Positions 1 through 14,270 of a stretch of DNA of 64,000 bases are shown one piece after another. The stretch is taken from the NCBI RefSeq assembly GCF_009914755.1, contig NC_060926.1; one strand, 5' to 3'. Source of the stretch: the human T2T-CHM13v2.0 reference genome, Homo sapiens. How positions within the stretch are numbered: the first letter of the stretch is position 1; each line of letters opens with the position of its first letter. Under the pieces are notes generated by a model that was given only the letters and a program-made list of their open reading frames with translations, ran no database searches and was not told the origin of the DNA. Made by a program: the position numbers and the translations under genes.

Positions 1-316
1 TTTCTTGTCTGAGCAGAGCCTGGGGAGTAGGGATTACCTTCCTCACAGGCGTGGCCTGGTCAGGATGGGTCCGCAGCAATGCTCCTCACCCTAGATGGCC
101 CTCACAGGGTACTCTGCCTCTTCCAGGGACACTCCCTACCTTCTGACAGCTCCAGCTCCCCAAGGGTAAGGAAAAGAAAACAGAAGGAAGGGTTTTCCCT
201 CTCATCCTGTTATCGTTCCCAAGGCCTGGTCATAATATAGAGGATGCCTACTAACTAAATAGCTCAGCTGCTTTAACTCAATTAGGGAAACAAGATTAAT
301 AATAGAAAACATCCCT

Positions 317-727
<411 letters not shown>

Positions 728-1809
728 CTATATGAACTTTGCTTCTCTACGAGGCCAGGGGAGCAACACTCACAGAACACCTCTCTGTGGACATGGCCTG
801 ACCCCTGCGTTTTCCTTGTCAGCTCAATCCCCACATTCAGTCGTGATGAGCGGCCTTTTGCAAATCCCCTACGCACTCTGCTCTGCAGCAGCAATATGCA
901 TACACTGTGTAATTTAATCCTGTCGGGTGGAACTGCCGTCTCCATTTGCAGAAGAGGGCTTCAGGGATGCTAAATCCGTTATCCAATTGGACTAAGAGTC
1001 AGACGGGTTTTCTCTCCTCCCCGCCCGCCCCGTCCCTGTCTTTGGGAAAGCAGCCCTGCCAGGTCCTGTTTCCTGTCCCCCCCCAATTCCAACCCTCCCC
1101 CGGTGCAAGAGCCACCCACTTCCTCCAGGGAGGCATCCTCCACCCTCATGCTGGGCTTTGGCAGTTTTACGACTCCATCAGTGCTAAGAGTGCGTTTTAA
1201 TGAATGGACCATCGACAGCAATTCATCAATTAGTTAAAAGTTGGATCAGATCAATTCTCCCATGGGGTTTGGCTCCAACCGCTTCCTGGAAAGAATGCCG
1301 GCTGTGTTCTCCACTCCACCTCAGTCTCCACCCTACGGCTTCTGATCTGTCTGGTGCCAGTGTGAAATAAATCTATCTAAAGCCAGAGAGAAGAGATCCA
1401 TTTCATTTTGTTAAGCTGTGCTCTTTTGTAGGTCACTTTTAAAATCAACAAGTCAAATGCTTTAAAATCAAGAAATAAAGCAATTTCATTCGCATAGTTT
1501 CCCATTGTGCAACGCCTTGTTGTCCTAGAGAGGGAGAGGTGGAGATATTCAGAGTGCCAAGCTTGATGGATCAGATATGGGGCAGAGCGACCATGTGGAA
1601 ATCACTCAGGAGGCAGGGTGCCAGCCGAAACCAGGGGTTCATGAGGAGCCAGTAGCTTCTCCCAGATGCTTGGCCCATAACTCATCACCAGGGCACACTG
1701 GCACCTGCTGGGGAGTAAACAAAGTCCTGGGTGTTGAGTCCTTTTCTCTTGCTGGCTATTAATGGCCTTTGTCTTCTCTTCTGGGCTAGTATCTTGCGGC
1801 AGGGATTGA

Positions 1810-2280
1810 GAAAGACCAAGTTAATAATCGTTCTTCCTTTCTTCCTTATAACCGAACTCAGATTCAATTCAAGGAAGCAATGTGTCCTGCTAAAAAGCTA
1901 AATTTCCCAGCCACTCAGCAATGCCATGTGGGCCTCTTACACAGTTTTTAAAAGGAGATTAAATGGAAGATCTTGGGTGAAGCTTCTAGGAAATCCTCTT
2001 CTGCCCTTTAACCTTTCCCTTCTTTCTTCCTGGAACAGGGACATGATGGCTGGAACTCCCGCAGCCATTCTGTGACCACAAAGGGCAACAAACCCATGCC
2101 AGGGATGGCTGTAAGGAAGGATAGAGGGAGAATGGGTTTCTGACCGGCTGCCAAGTCCATTTGGGTCCACACTCTCCTGGACTTATTTTGCCTAAGGAAA
2201 ACATACAGCCCAATCTTCTTTAAGCTACTATTATTTGTATTATCTGTTAATTGCAGCCAAATTCAATCTCAAGAAACTGA
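1810..2280 (+). mobile_element. Old MaLR LTR (MLT1J/K-like)
   Basis: Motif TTCCTGGAACAGGGACATGATGGCTGGAACTCCCGCAGCCATTCTGTGACCA resembles the MLT1 core. Confidence 0.6.
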
Positions 2281-2474
2281 AAAGGGAGTAGCCAAACAAT
2301 ATTACATTAAGGAGGCATTGAGATGATAATAGAATATTAAATAGGAAAAGATTATTAGAAAGCATCTTGCTCAACCTTTGTCACATACAGGAAAATTGAG
2401 GCCTGCAACGAAGAAGAGACTTGCCCAAGGTCACAAAGATAATTAGCCTCCAAGGTAGGGCTCTCTCCATGTAG

Positions 2475-2804
<330 letters not shown>

Positions 2805-2809
2805 TCTAT

Positions 2810-3140
2810 CTTACTCTCTGCCCACGGAGGCTAGCTCGGTCTCTCTGGTTTTCTGGCTTCTGCTTGGGTTTAGCCAATGAGGATCCCAGGTGGGAGATTG
2901 GAGGGAGGAAGGAAGTGAGATCAGGAAATAGATGTCCTGTGGGTCACTGTGAGCTGGCTGTGTCTCCTTGATGGTGGCCTTTTCTACACAGGTCTTGCTT
3001 CCCAGGTTCTGATAACTGCTCCCTGCCTGCCCCTCATGAGCCAGGCTGGCCCTAGCCCTGGAGTCTACAATGCCCTGGGTGTGTGCCTGCATCTGCTTTC
3101 CTTTATGTCCTTTGTGAACAGCCCCTCAATTAAACTCTCT
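2810..3140 (+). mobile_element. Probable old ERVL-type LTR fragment
   Basis: CTGGCTTCTGCTTGGGTTTAGCCAATGAGG..GGGAGATTGGAGGG motif typical of LTR33/40/41-like elements. Confidence 0.4.
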
Positions 3141-3649
3141 GGGACATCACCTGTCCCACCAGCCAGGCAACCCAGGGCTCATCCCTCAGCTTCCCTAGCC
3201 CCATGCACTAATGCCTCCTCACAGAATCATCAGTAGGACTAAGAAATAACCCACTAATGCCCTAGCCCAGCACCTGGCGTGGAATCTAATCTCCATACCT
3301 ATTAGTTCCTCGAAGTCCACAGAAGCTGGGCTCCTCCTATTCCACCCTCGGGTTGGAGTGGGGAGCGGGAGGGCAGCCCTCCCTCCTTGGGGAGAATTCT
3401 CATAACAGGAACAAAAGCTTTGTCTTGGAGCTTGCAGAATGGTCATTGAGGGGGGAGATCACAAATCCCAGATGTTTTGCCTCAATCCTGGACCCATCAT
3501 CCGTAACTGGCTCTTCCACTGACTCCTTTGGCACTGACCAGCTGCTACAGGTTAATTTCCAGGACGTCTCCTTCCCTCAGACCTCACAGGCAGGCCTGGA
3601 AGCCTAAAAAGGAATCTCAAAGGGGGCCCTGGGACAGTCCCAGCACACA

Positions 3650-3815
3650 GTGACTTGCCGGAGGCAGTGATCTTCCTCTCTCCCAACTCCATGCTTGGCG
3701 GGTGGGTAGCATGAAATTGGTCATTGTGGGAGTATTTATGCCACAGCAATGGAAAATGCTTCACATCAGGGCTGGTTCCAGGGAGAGATGTTCTTAAACA
3801 TTTACCAGCACATGA
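3650..3815 (+). mobile_element. MER63-like hAT DNA transposon fragment
   Basis: CTCTCCCAACTCC..GGTAGCATGAAATTGG..GTGGGAGTATTTA..CATTTACCAGCACA. Confidence 0.6.
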
Positions 3816-4213
3816 CCCAATACTCCTCTCCAAAGATTGCCAATATGACCATAAGTGGCCCTTGGAAACAATACTCAGATAGTGGTTTCCAAACTTGGCC
3901 ATGCACTGGAATTTGAGGAGGTGGCTGAAGACAGCATCCTTGGTCCTGCCCCCAGTTGGTATGAACCAGCACACTCTGCCCATGTGCCACAGGCAGTGAC
4001 AAAAACAGGGAGCATTCCCATTAAATAAAAACCAGTATACATAGCAAAAAAAAAAATGCTTCTTCTGGAGTCCATCCCAATGGACAGAAGAAAGTATCAT
4101 GTCATTTGTTTTGAGTGATTTGGGAAAATGTGAACTACAGTTGTTTTTGCACACCGGCCTGATCCCAAAACTTGTCACAAACAAAGCTCTGCAGTAGCAA
4201 AGACATAACAGTG

Positions 4214-4689
4214 TGGATGGATGGTTGGTTGGATGAATGGGATGTGTGGGTGGGTGGATGATTGTATAGATGGACGAATGGGCAGGTAGTTGGTTGGATG
4301 AATGGAAAGGTAGATAGGTGGGTGGGTAGATGGATGGGTAGATGGACAGGTAGATGGATGGATGGATGGATGGATGGATTGATGGGTAGATGGGTGGATG
4401 GGTAGGTGAATGCTTGGATAGATAGACAAACGGACAGGTAAATGGTTGGATGAATGGATGGGTAGATGGGAGGATGGGTAAATGGGTAGATGGATAGGTG
4501 GATGGACAGGTGGGATGGACGGATGGATGGGTGGAAGGATGGATGGATGATGGATGGGTAGGTGGGTGGATGCGTGAATGGGTGGGTGGGTGGAGGAATG
4601 GGTGTTTTGGTGTATGGGTGGGTGGATGGGTGAATGGGTGGATGGGTGGAGGAATGGGTGTTTGGGTGTATGGGTGTGTAGATGGGTGG
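4214..4689. repeat. Degenerate (TGGA/TGGG)n simple repeat
   Basis: About 475 bp of GGAT/GGGT units, directly visible. Confidence 0.95.
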
Positions 4690-6250
4690 CAGAGACTTGC
4701 AAAAGTGCCACAGTGCCTTAGAGGAGTGATACAGTATCACCACACTCTCTACCTATTAGGATAATCGTACCTTCCTGAGCACTTCTAGAAATATATAAAG
4801 CTCCTTCCACTTGGCAAAGATAAGATGTACCAGGGGAAATTCTTAGCTCAAGATATCAAAGCAAGAAGAGTTGAACTAGATTTTCCTGCAACGGCATGAT
4901 GGGACAGAAAGACCCTGTTAGTTCAGATTACACCAAATAAAAACTGTATTTCCTTTGCACATCTCAGTTGTAGCCTGAGTGGGTACTGAAGCTCCACCTG
5001 GGCCTCAGTACCTTGGCCTTCCTTCCCCTGGGAGCTGAGAACTAAGTACTGGAAGTTTCCATCCAGCAGCCCACATGCCCTGCAGACTTGACCCTCCTCT
5101 ATGTCTTACAGACCCAGGCAGGATCAAAGTGCTCATGGGAATTCAAAGGAGAGCACAATCCGACAGAAGGAGCGGGTCCCATATTTCACAGAGGAGCTGG
5201 CTTTGAAGGATGGTAAGAGCATCCAGGCAGAGAGAACCACCTGAGTAAGCGTCTCTGGCAGAAAGGAAATGTGATGTTTAGGGGAAGTGAGGGGCCTGGC
5301 CCAGGTGGGGTGAATGAGGTTGTTTGGGGCTAGACTGGCATGGGAGGGGAGGGGCTGACAGTCAACATGAAACACACTGACAAGACAGAAAAACGAGTAC
5401 ACCGATTTAACCAATAAATAACTGAATAATCTGGAAGATTTCAGGGATGTGAGATTAGAAGAACGAAGACAAGCGACTACTTCTCACTCATGAAATACAA
5501 GCATCCTTTGAGCCTTTGGTGCTGTCTACGACTGTTATTCCAAAGCCACCTGGCACTAACCCAGGTGGAGGTGTGCAGTAATCCCAGGAACCTGGAAGCC
5601 CTCCTTTGCAATTGAAATCTCTGCCTTGTCATTCTTGCAACAAACTAGACTCATTTGTTAATCTACTGGGCTAGACTCCAGTAACCTTGCTATGAATGCA
5701 AAATGGTTTATTTACTTTTTACACAAACCTTGTTTTTAATTACAAAAATAAATTACCCTTGGAAAAATTTAAGCACAACTTGTATAAAATTAAGAATTCC
5801 CCTTTGATCCTATATCTCAGAAATAACCACTAACTGCCTGATCTTCACTCTCAAACATGTTGCTATGCAAATATAAACATATCAACATATGCTATTGCTA
5901 ATAGCTTTTTTAATTGAAATTTTATTGAGATGAGAGAAGATTCACAGGCAGTGTGAAAGATGCCTTGGTTGTTTCCCCCAATGGCAACATTTCACAAAAC
6001 TGTAGCGCAATGTCCCCAACCAGGCTACGGCCCTTCATCCAACCCACTGATCTTTGTCAAGTTTTCCCAGGTTCACTTGTCTTCACTGGCATGAGTATGG
6101 GTGCATATTAAGTTCTATACAATCTTCTCACCTTTCTATGTCATGTACCCACCTCCGGAGTCAGGATACTGGACACTTCCAGCCCCAAAGGATCCTTCTT
6201 TTGCCTCTTTAATAACCACACCAACCTCCCCCCCAACCCCTCCCCCATCC

Positions 6251-6658
6251 TTTTTTAGTATGTTTTGTTTTGTTTTGTTTAAGTGAAAGCAAGTTTATTA
6301 AGAAAGTAAAGGAATAGCCTGGGCTCAGTGGCTCACGTCTGTAATCCCAGCACTGTAGGAGGCCGAGGCGGGCAGATAGATCACCTGATGTCAGGGGTTC
6401 AAGACCAGCCTGGCCAACATAGTGAAACCCCGTCTCTACTAAAAATACAAAAATTAGCCGGGCATAGTGGCAGGCACCTGTAGTCCTAGCTACTTGGGAG
6501 GCTGAGGCAGGAGAATCGCTTGAATGCAGGAGGCGGAGGTTGCAGTGAGCCACTGCACTCCAGCCTGGGTGACAGAGTGAGACTCTGTCTCAAAAAAAAA
6601 AAAAAAAAAGGAAGAAAGTAAAAGAATAAAAGAATGGCTATTCCATAGGCAGAGCAGC
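6251..6658 (-). mobile_element. Short polyadenylated MER41 3'-end fragment (6281-6316 + 6612-6658) split by an Alu
   Basis: AAGTGAAAGCAAGTTTATTAAGAAAGTAAAGGAATA..AAAGAATGGCTATTCCATAGGCAGAGCAGC matches 17058-17123 of the MER41B in this window; T-rich tail at 6251-6280. Confidence 0.8.
6317..6609 (+). mobile_element. AluS
   Basis: Alu dimer; 17-bp TSD AAGAAAGTAAA(G/A)GAATA at 6300-6316 and 6612-6628. Confidence 0.93.
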
Positions 6659-7296
6659 AAAGATGGAATTTTTTTTTTCCAGCAGAATTCTCTAGAGGCC
6701 CATCCAAGTTGCTGCGTGTGCCAGCAGGTTTGTTCCTTTTCACTGCTGACTAGCATTCTATAGCATGCATGTGTCACAGCTTGTTTAAGCATTCACCCGT
6801 TGAAGAACATCTCAGCTAATTCCTGTCTGGGACTATTACAAATAAAGTTGCTCTGAATGTTTGTGCACAGGATTATGTGTGAATATAAGTTTTCGTTTCT
6901 CTGGGATAAATGCCCAGGAGTGCAATTGCTGGGTCATATGGTAAATGCATGAATAGTTAAAAAAAAAAAAAAAAACCTGCCAAACTGTCTTCTAAGGTGG
7001 CTGTACCATTTTATATTCCTGCAGCAATGTCTGAGACATCCAGTTTCCGTGCATCCTCACCAGCATTGGATGGTGCCATTTTTACCTTAATCATTCTGAT
7101 AGATGTGCAGTAATATCTCATTACAGTAGTTAATAGCTTTCAGAAAACAGAATTAGAATAAACTGTTGTACACCTAGATTGGTATTACTTCACTGGCTCA
7201 ATCACATTCCATTAGGTAAATATATAATAATTGATTTAACTATTTTTCTGTTGTTACTCGTTAATGTAAAATATTTTGCTACTATAAAAATCTATT

Positions 7297-7890
<594 letters not shown>

Positions 7891-8009
7891 TATATATATC
7901 TATTAATATTAGTATACACATATACATTAGTATACATAAGCTTTTGTATATTCTATATTACACTTTATAATATCAGTGTATATGTACACATATTAGATAG
8001 ATTTTTTGC

Positions 8010-8520
8010 TCACTTACGCATGTATTTTTATTACTCATTCATAAAAGTACAATTGCTATGCAAAAGACATACACATTTGAAATTTTGATAGATATTGCAA
8101 AATTGCCTTCCAAAAACTTTGTACCAATATACACTCCCACAAGACTGCATAAGAATGATCATTTCCCTATAAACTCTCCAATAGTTAATATAATTCACTA
8201 AAAAAATTTTTTTCCAATATTATAGGTTTAAAAATAGTCTCTCATTATTATTGTAATTTGCATTTTTACTGGTGGAGAGGAGCAGTTTTTAACAATACTA
8301 TTGGTCATTTTAATGTTGCGTATGTCTTTTTCATATTCTATTATGCTTATTATGTTATTTTTTCATTTTTTACTAGATTCTTTTCTTAATGATTTATTCT
8401 TTTAAAAACTTTCCCCACACAAAATTTTTTAAAATATTTCATCTTATGATTTTATAGTTACTTTTCACATTTAAACCCCTCATTTATTTAAAATCTATTT
8501 TTTGTTTATGATGCAAGGCA
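8010..8520 (-). mobile_element. Old L1M(E) fragment
   Basis: AT-rich; TTTTGATAGATATTGCAAAATTGCCTTCCAAAAA..TGTACCAATATACACTCCCAC. Confidence 0.6.
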
Positions 8521-8526
8521 GAGACT

Positions 8527-9210
8527 GTGACAGAGGCTGTCACTGCGCCAACATGCTGAGACCTGGAAGAGCTGAGTTTATGTCCCCCAGGGAAAGCCTT
8601 ACAAACAACCTGTGCAGGGGATAAGTAACTTACACCCTGATCTCTGCTTGTAACAAACTTGGATGGGATTTATGCTGCCCCTAGGCTGCCCTGAGGACTG
8701 AGCCACAGCTGCCCTCCACAGGACTTCGCTGATTCTACATCCTTGCCTGGCCTTGTCCCTTCCCAGCCTCACTTCCCTACTCCCCTGCTGACTTTCACTG
8801 GGAGCACTTCTTAAAAATTCACCTGCTCGGCCGGGCATGGTTGCTCACGCCTGTAATCCTAGCACTTTGGGAGTCCGAGGCGGGTGGATCACGAGGTCAG
8901 GAGTTCCAGACCAGCCTGGCCAACGTGGTGAAACCCCGTCTCTACTAAAAATACAAAAAATTAGCTGGGCGTAGTGGCGGGCACCTGTAGTCCCAGCTAC
9001 TTGGGAGGCTGAGGCAGGAGAATCTCGAACCCAGGAAGTGGATGTTGCAGTGAGCCAAGATCATGCCACTGCACTCCAGCCTGGGCAGCAGAGCGAGACT
9101 TCGTCTCAAAAAAAACAAAAACAAACAAACAAACAAAAAAATATATGTATACTCACCTGCTCACAAATCCTCAGCTCAGGATCCATGTGTGAGAAACCCA
9201 ACATAAGACC
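8527..9210 (+). mobile_element. LTR16-like ERVL LTR split by an Alu
   Basis: CTGGGAGCACTTCTTAAAAATTCACCTGC..ACAAATCCTCAGCTCAGG..AACCCAACATAAGAC end motif. Confidence 0.6.
8829..9140 (+). mobile_element. AluSg-like
   Basis: GATCACGAGGTCAGGAGTT; TSD TCACCTGCTC. Confidence 0.92.
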
Positions 9211-9719
9211 AAAATCAGATTTTATCTTTTCTACATGGATAGCTCATTTCCCCTGCTAATTTCCCTGACATCCTTATAAAATAGTCCAAACTTCTCCACT
9301 GATTGGGGATGGCATGTTTATTCTGTGCTGGCAGTAGTAGCTTCTGGTAGAGCATCTTTGCCCCAGGCACTGCAGAGAAGGGGTGGCAACCACCCTAGGG
9401 TCCTGCAGAGTCACTGTCCAGGCTGCTGAGGACAGTTGGCCGCAGCCCCCATCGGAGTCCTCCTACGAGGGACTTCAAATGTCAAGAATGTCCCACCGCA
9501 GTCCATATGATGTGTTTTAATGCAGATAGGACCAGAGCCTGAAGGACTTGTTTCTTTCAAAAACAACATACATTAACATGTTGAGGCAATAGTCGTAACC
9601 TCACTGTCCTAATACAAAAACTATATTCCCCTTCGTATATCTTCCATTCTTTGCCAACCATGTGGTTCCCATCACATCATACTTACATTTTTGCAGTCTG
9701 TTTCTAAAATTGTATACTT

Positions 9720-10041
<322 letters not shown>

Positions 10042-10318
10042 TTATATATACTCTTTAAAATGATCATTTTTAACAGGCTGCATATTCATAAACTAGAATT
10101 TTTTTAGACATTATCTTGTGGTTGGATATTTTAGTCACATATAAGATTTTGCTTTATTAAGAGAACATGGCAGTGAACAAACTTCAATATTTTCCTACAC
10201 CAGAATGCTGTGGTTTGAATGTTTGTCCCCTCCGAAACTCACGTTGAACTTGGACCTCACCAGGTGTGGCCCCTCAACCTCTGACTTCCCAGCCTCCATA
10301 ACTATAAGAAATACATTC

Positions 10319-10658
<340 letters not shown>

Positions 10659-10675
10659 TCAGGTCTTCAGTTATA

Positions 10676-11068
10676 TTAGGTTGGTGCAAAAGTAATTGCA
10701 GTTTTTGTCATACTTTTTTTTCTTTTTTTCTTTTTTGAGAGGGAGTCTCGTTCTGTCTTGCCCAAGCTGGAGTGCAATGGCATGATCTCAGCTCACTACA
10801 ACGTCCACCTCCGGGGTTCGAGCGATTCACCTGCCTCAGCCTTCTGAGTAGCTGGGACTACAGGCATCCACCACTACGCCCAGCTCATTTTTGTATTTTT
10901 CATAGAGACAGGGTTTCACCATGTTGGCCAGAGGGTCTCAAACTCCTGGCCTCAAGTGATCCACCCGCCTCGGCCTCTGAAAGTGCTGGGATTAAAGGCA
11001 TTAGCCACCGCGCCCAGCCTGTTTTTGCCATACTTTTTTTTTTAATGGCATAAAAAGCACCAACCTAA
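10676..11068. mobile_element. MADE1 (Hsmar1-derived MITE) split by an antisense Alu
   Basis: TA-TTAGGTTGGTGCAAAAGTAATTGC...GCACCAACCTAA-TA terminal inverted repeats (TIRs) with a TA duplication. Confidence 0.88.
10714..11019 (-). mobile_element. AluS
   Basis: Antisense dimer; TSD GTTTTTG(T/C)CATACT. Confidence 0.92.
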
Positions 11069-11524
11069 TAGCAACAGAAAATGCACTAAGACACCAATGA
11101 CGTGTTGTGTTTGTGATGACCCAAGAAAGTCTCCTGGAAGTTTATAGCTCCAGAGCTATAAAATATACAAAAATAGGCATTTTTTTAAGCCCTATACTCA
11201 GGTATGCAAAATGGTTCTTTCTTTAGTTTTTTGGAGCTAGACTTAGTTTCTATCTTTAGCTCCCATTCCTCTTAGTCACAGAAAATAAAATCTTGCCAAT
11301 TCAAAAGTTTCTCAGTTGACTCATGATAAAATTAGACAATGTATGTGTTTCTGCTCCCCACTTTCTCCCTAGAGTTGCAGCTCTTCTCCCTGGGGCATTT
11401 TTGGCATTAGGGCATGGGGGTTGCATCTGGTTCCCCCTGGGCTGGCATCCGTAAAGACGTCTGCATGCCCATGTGTGTATTTCTGTAGGATGCTCCCATA
11501 CAGAGCTAACGGTGTATCTCCTGA

Positions 11525-11720
11525 ACATGGTGCTTGGTGCTTCAGATACCCATCCAGGTAACCCTCAAAACAACCTTATCGGGGTGGGAACAGTATTAGT
11601 CCCATTTCACAGATGAGGAGAATGAGGCACAGAGAGGTTATGTAATTTGCCTGAGTCACAGACCTATAAGTGGTGGGTTCTGGATTCAAGCTCTTGCATT
11701 CTGGCTCCAGAATCTGCCAC
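11525..11720 (-). mobile_element. MIR
   Basis: CCCATTTCACAGATGAGGAGAATGAGGCACAGAGAGGTTA core. Confidence 0.8.
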
Positions 11721-12317
11721 CTCCTGTGGCCCCACCCATCAGGCCACCAGTCCTGAGGTCCCTACCACATTCCTCGTTCCAGGCCATAGGAGCCTCAGGT
11801 ATGGCTTATTTTGGCATCCAGACTGAGCCTGGCTCAGTCACAAGAGGAAAAGCCTTTGGCTGCTCCCATGCCCCGGGGCAGGGGCAGCACTGGAAGGCGA
11901 CCAGGCAGCTCCAAGCAGAACCCTCTGCCCTCAATCATTAGCTTATCTGAAGTTTCCTGCAACCCCTACCCAGCCCTGGGGCCCAGCCTGAGGAGGGCAG
12001 AGTCAGGCCCACCCCATGCCCCCTCCTGTTCCCCCTTCTTGGGTCTCCCCTCTCCACCAGCTCAGGACCCCTCTCCAGTGTGCCAGGAGGGTGGGGGAAG
12101 CACTTCTGCCTAATCACATGTGATTCTAAACCCTCCCGCCCTGTCTTACACCTTGCTCATAGCTTCTCAGACTTTACAGCAGTGACTCCTAGCCCTGACG
12201 CATGTCAGTATCACTTGGGGAGATTAGAACAAAACAAAACAAAACATACTGGCATCCAGGCCCCAGCTCCAGAGATTCTGATTCAATTGGTTTGTGCTAG
12301 GCCAAGGATGGGTATTC

Positions 12318-12644
12318 TTTATTTTTTATTTTTTATATTTATTTATTTATTTATTTATTTAGAGACAGAGTCTCGCTCTGTTGCCCAGGCTGGAGTGCAG
12401 CGGTGCATCTCCGCTCACTGCAAGCTCCGCCTCCCGGGTTCACACCGTGCTCCTGCCTCAGCCTCCTGAGTAGCTGGGACTACAGGCGCCCGCCACCACG
12501 CCTGGCTAATTTTTTGTGTTTTTTTTAGTAGAGACAGGGTTTCACCGTGTTAGCCAGGATGGTCTTGATCTCCTGACCTTGTGATCCGTCCGCCTCGGCC
12601 TCCCAAAGTGCTGGGTTTACAGGCATGAGCCACCACGTCTGGCC
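12318..12644 (-). mobile_element. AluY
   Basis: GCAAGCTCCGCC, CCGTGTTAGCCAGGATGG; TSD ~A(A/G)GGATGG(G/A)TATT. Confidence 0.92.
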
Positions 12645-12677
12645 AGGGATGGATATTTTTTTAAATCTCCCAGGAGA

Positions 12678-13020
<343 letters not shown>

Positions 13021-13159
13021 TTAAAACCAAGAATTTCATCCCCTGTTCTCGGGTTCTGCTATAACAACTTCCTCTTGGAGCCACGGAAGCCTTCTCTCCA
13101 GAAGGTGAACCAGGCAGTCGGGGGGAGGGATGTGAAGCAAGGTTCACGCAGCAGACAAT

Positions 13160-13630
13160 TGTCTTTCTTTTTGTTCTTGCGGCTGAACCCCCTTCCTATA
13201 TTTACAGAATTTCCCGCCTATGGGTCTTCATGTGAGAAAAGCCCTCTTCTGCTTCTAGAAGCTAAAAATGCCAGATACTCACTTCCCCAGCCTCGCTTGA
13301 GGCCAGTGCATTACATGTAGCCTTGATCTTGAATTGGAAATTCATAATGAAATGAGCAAAGAGCTCTCTGGCAGTGGCAACAGCTAACTATGGGATCAAA
13401 TCTCTACCCTAATGGTGGCATCCTGGTGTAGCCAGCGGCCTGTGGCCAGAACCAGGGGTTGAGTGTCCTGGAGGACTGTTGCTGTTTTGCAGTTGGGATA
13501 TGGCTCCGGCTGTGTACTGTCTGGGCCTGGCGCACCAGCCCTTCTGGAGATTCTGTGAGTCATCCCATTGCCTACAAAGAAGTCTTGTTCTGCTCCCATC
13601 AGCCAGATTTGGATTCTGTTTGCTTCAAAG
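13160..13630 (+). mobile_element. LTR33-like ERVL LTR
   Basis: GAAGCTAAAAATGCCAGATACTCACTTCCCCAGCCTC..; TCAGCCAGATTTGGATTCTGTTTGCTT end motif. Confidence 0.5.
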
Positions 13631-13801
13631 CACCTGCTGGGTGCAAGAGTCAGAGGAAGGTTAAGAAAAAAAATGTGGCTGACACTTCACAGTGCCATCC
13701 AGCCACAGGGCATGACCGAGGAGCAGCACCTGGCTCTTTCTGCAGTCTCTGAGGTTTATTCAATAAACCGGAGCCACAGGCACCATAAGAATGGGCAGCA
13801 A

Positions 13802-14105
13802 GTCCGGGCACAGTGGCTCACGCCTGTAATCCCAGCACTTTGGGAGGCCGAGGCAGGCAGATCACGAGGTCAGGAGTTCGAGACCAGCCTGGACAATATA
13901 GTGAAACCCTGTCTCTACTAAAAATACAAGAATTAGCTGGGCATGGTGGTGGCGCACGCCTGTAGTCCCAGCTACCTAGGAGGCTGAGGCAGAAGACTCA
14001 CTTGAGCCTGGGAGGCAGAGGTTGCAGCCAGCCAAGATGGCACCACTGCACTCCAGCCTGTAGGACAGAGTGAAATTCCATCTCAAAAAAAAAAAAAAAA
14101 AAAAA
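13802..14105 (+). mobile_element. AluSg-like
   Basis: Perfect TSD AAGAATGGGCAGCA. Confidence 0.92.
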
Positions 14106-14129
14106 AGAATGGGCAGCAGAATGCCTGCA

Positions 14130-14270
14130 CTAGAATCTCCTGAGATGCTTGATAAATGTCAGATTCTTGGGCCTTACCCCAGAGACTGCTTTGTAGTCCG
14201 AGGGTTTGGAGCCTGTATTCCTGCATTGTTAATGAGCTCTTCAGGCAAGTTTGGGAATCACTGGACTAAA
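14130..14270. mobile_element. MER5A fragment
   Basis: CAGATTCTTGGGCCTTACCCCAGAG..AAGTTTGGGAATCACTG. Confidence 0.6.

Larger units (their letters stand above)
5905..7130 (-). mobile_element. L1MC-like 3' end, interrupted at ~6250-6660 by a MER41 fragment and an Alu
   Basis: TTTCCCCCAATGGCAACATTTCACAAAACTGTAG.. and CTGGGATAAATGCCCAGGAGTGCAATTGCTGGGTCATATGG are typical of antisense L1M. Confidence 0.75.

Noticed and set aside
4135-4764. His/Pro-rich ORFs of 178-202 aa
   Set aside because: Translation of the (TGGA)n simple repeat.
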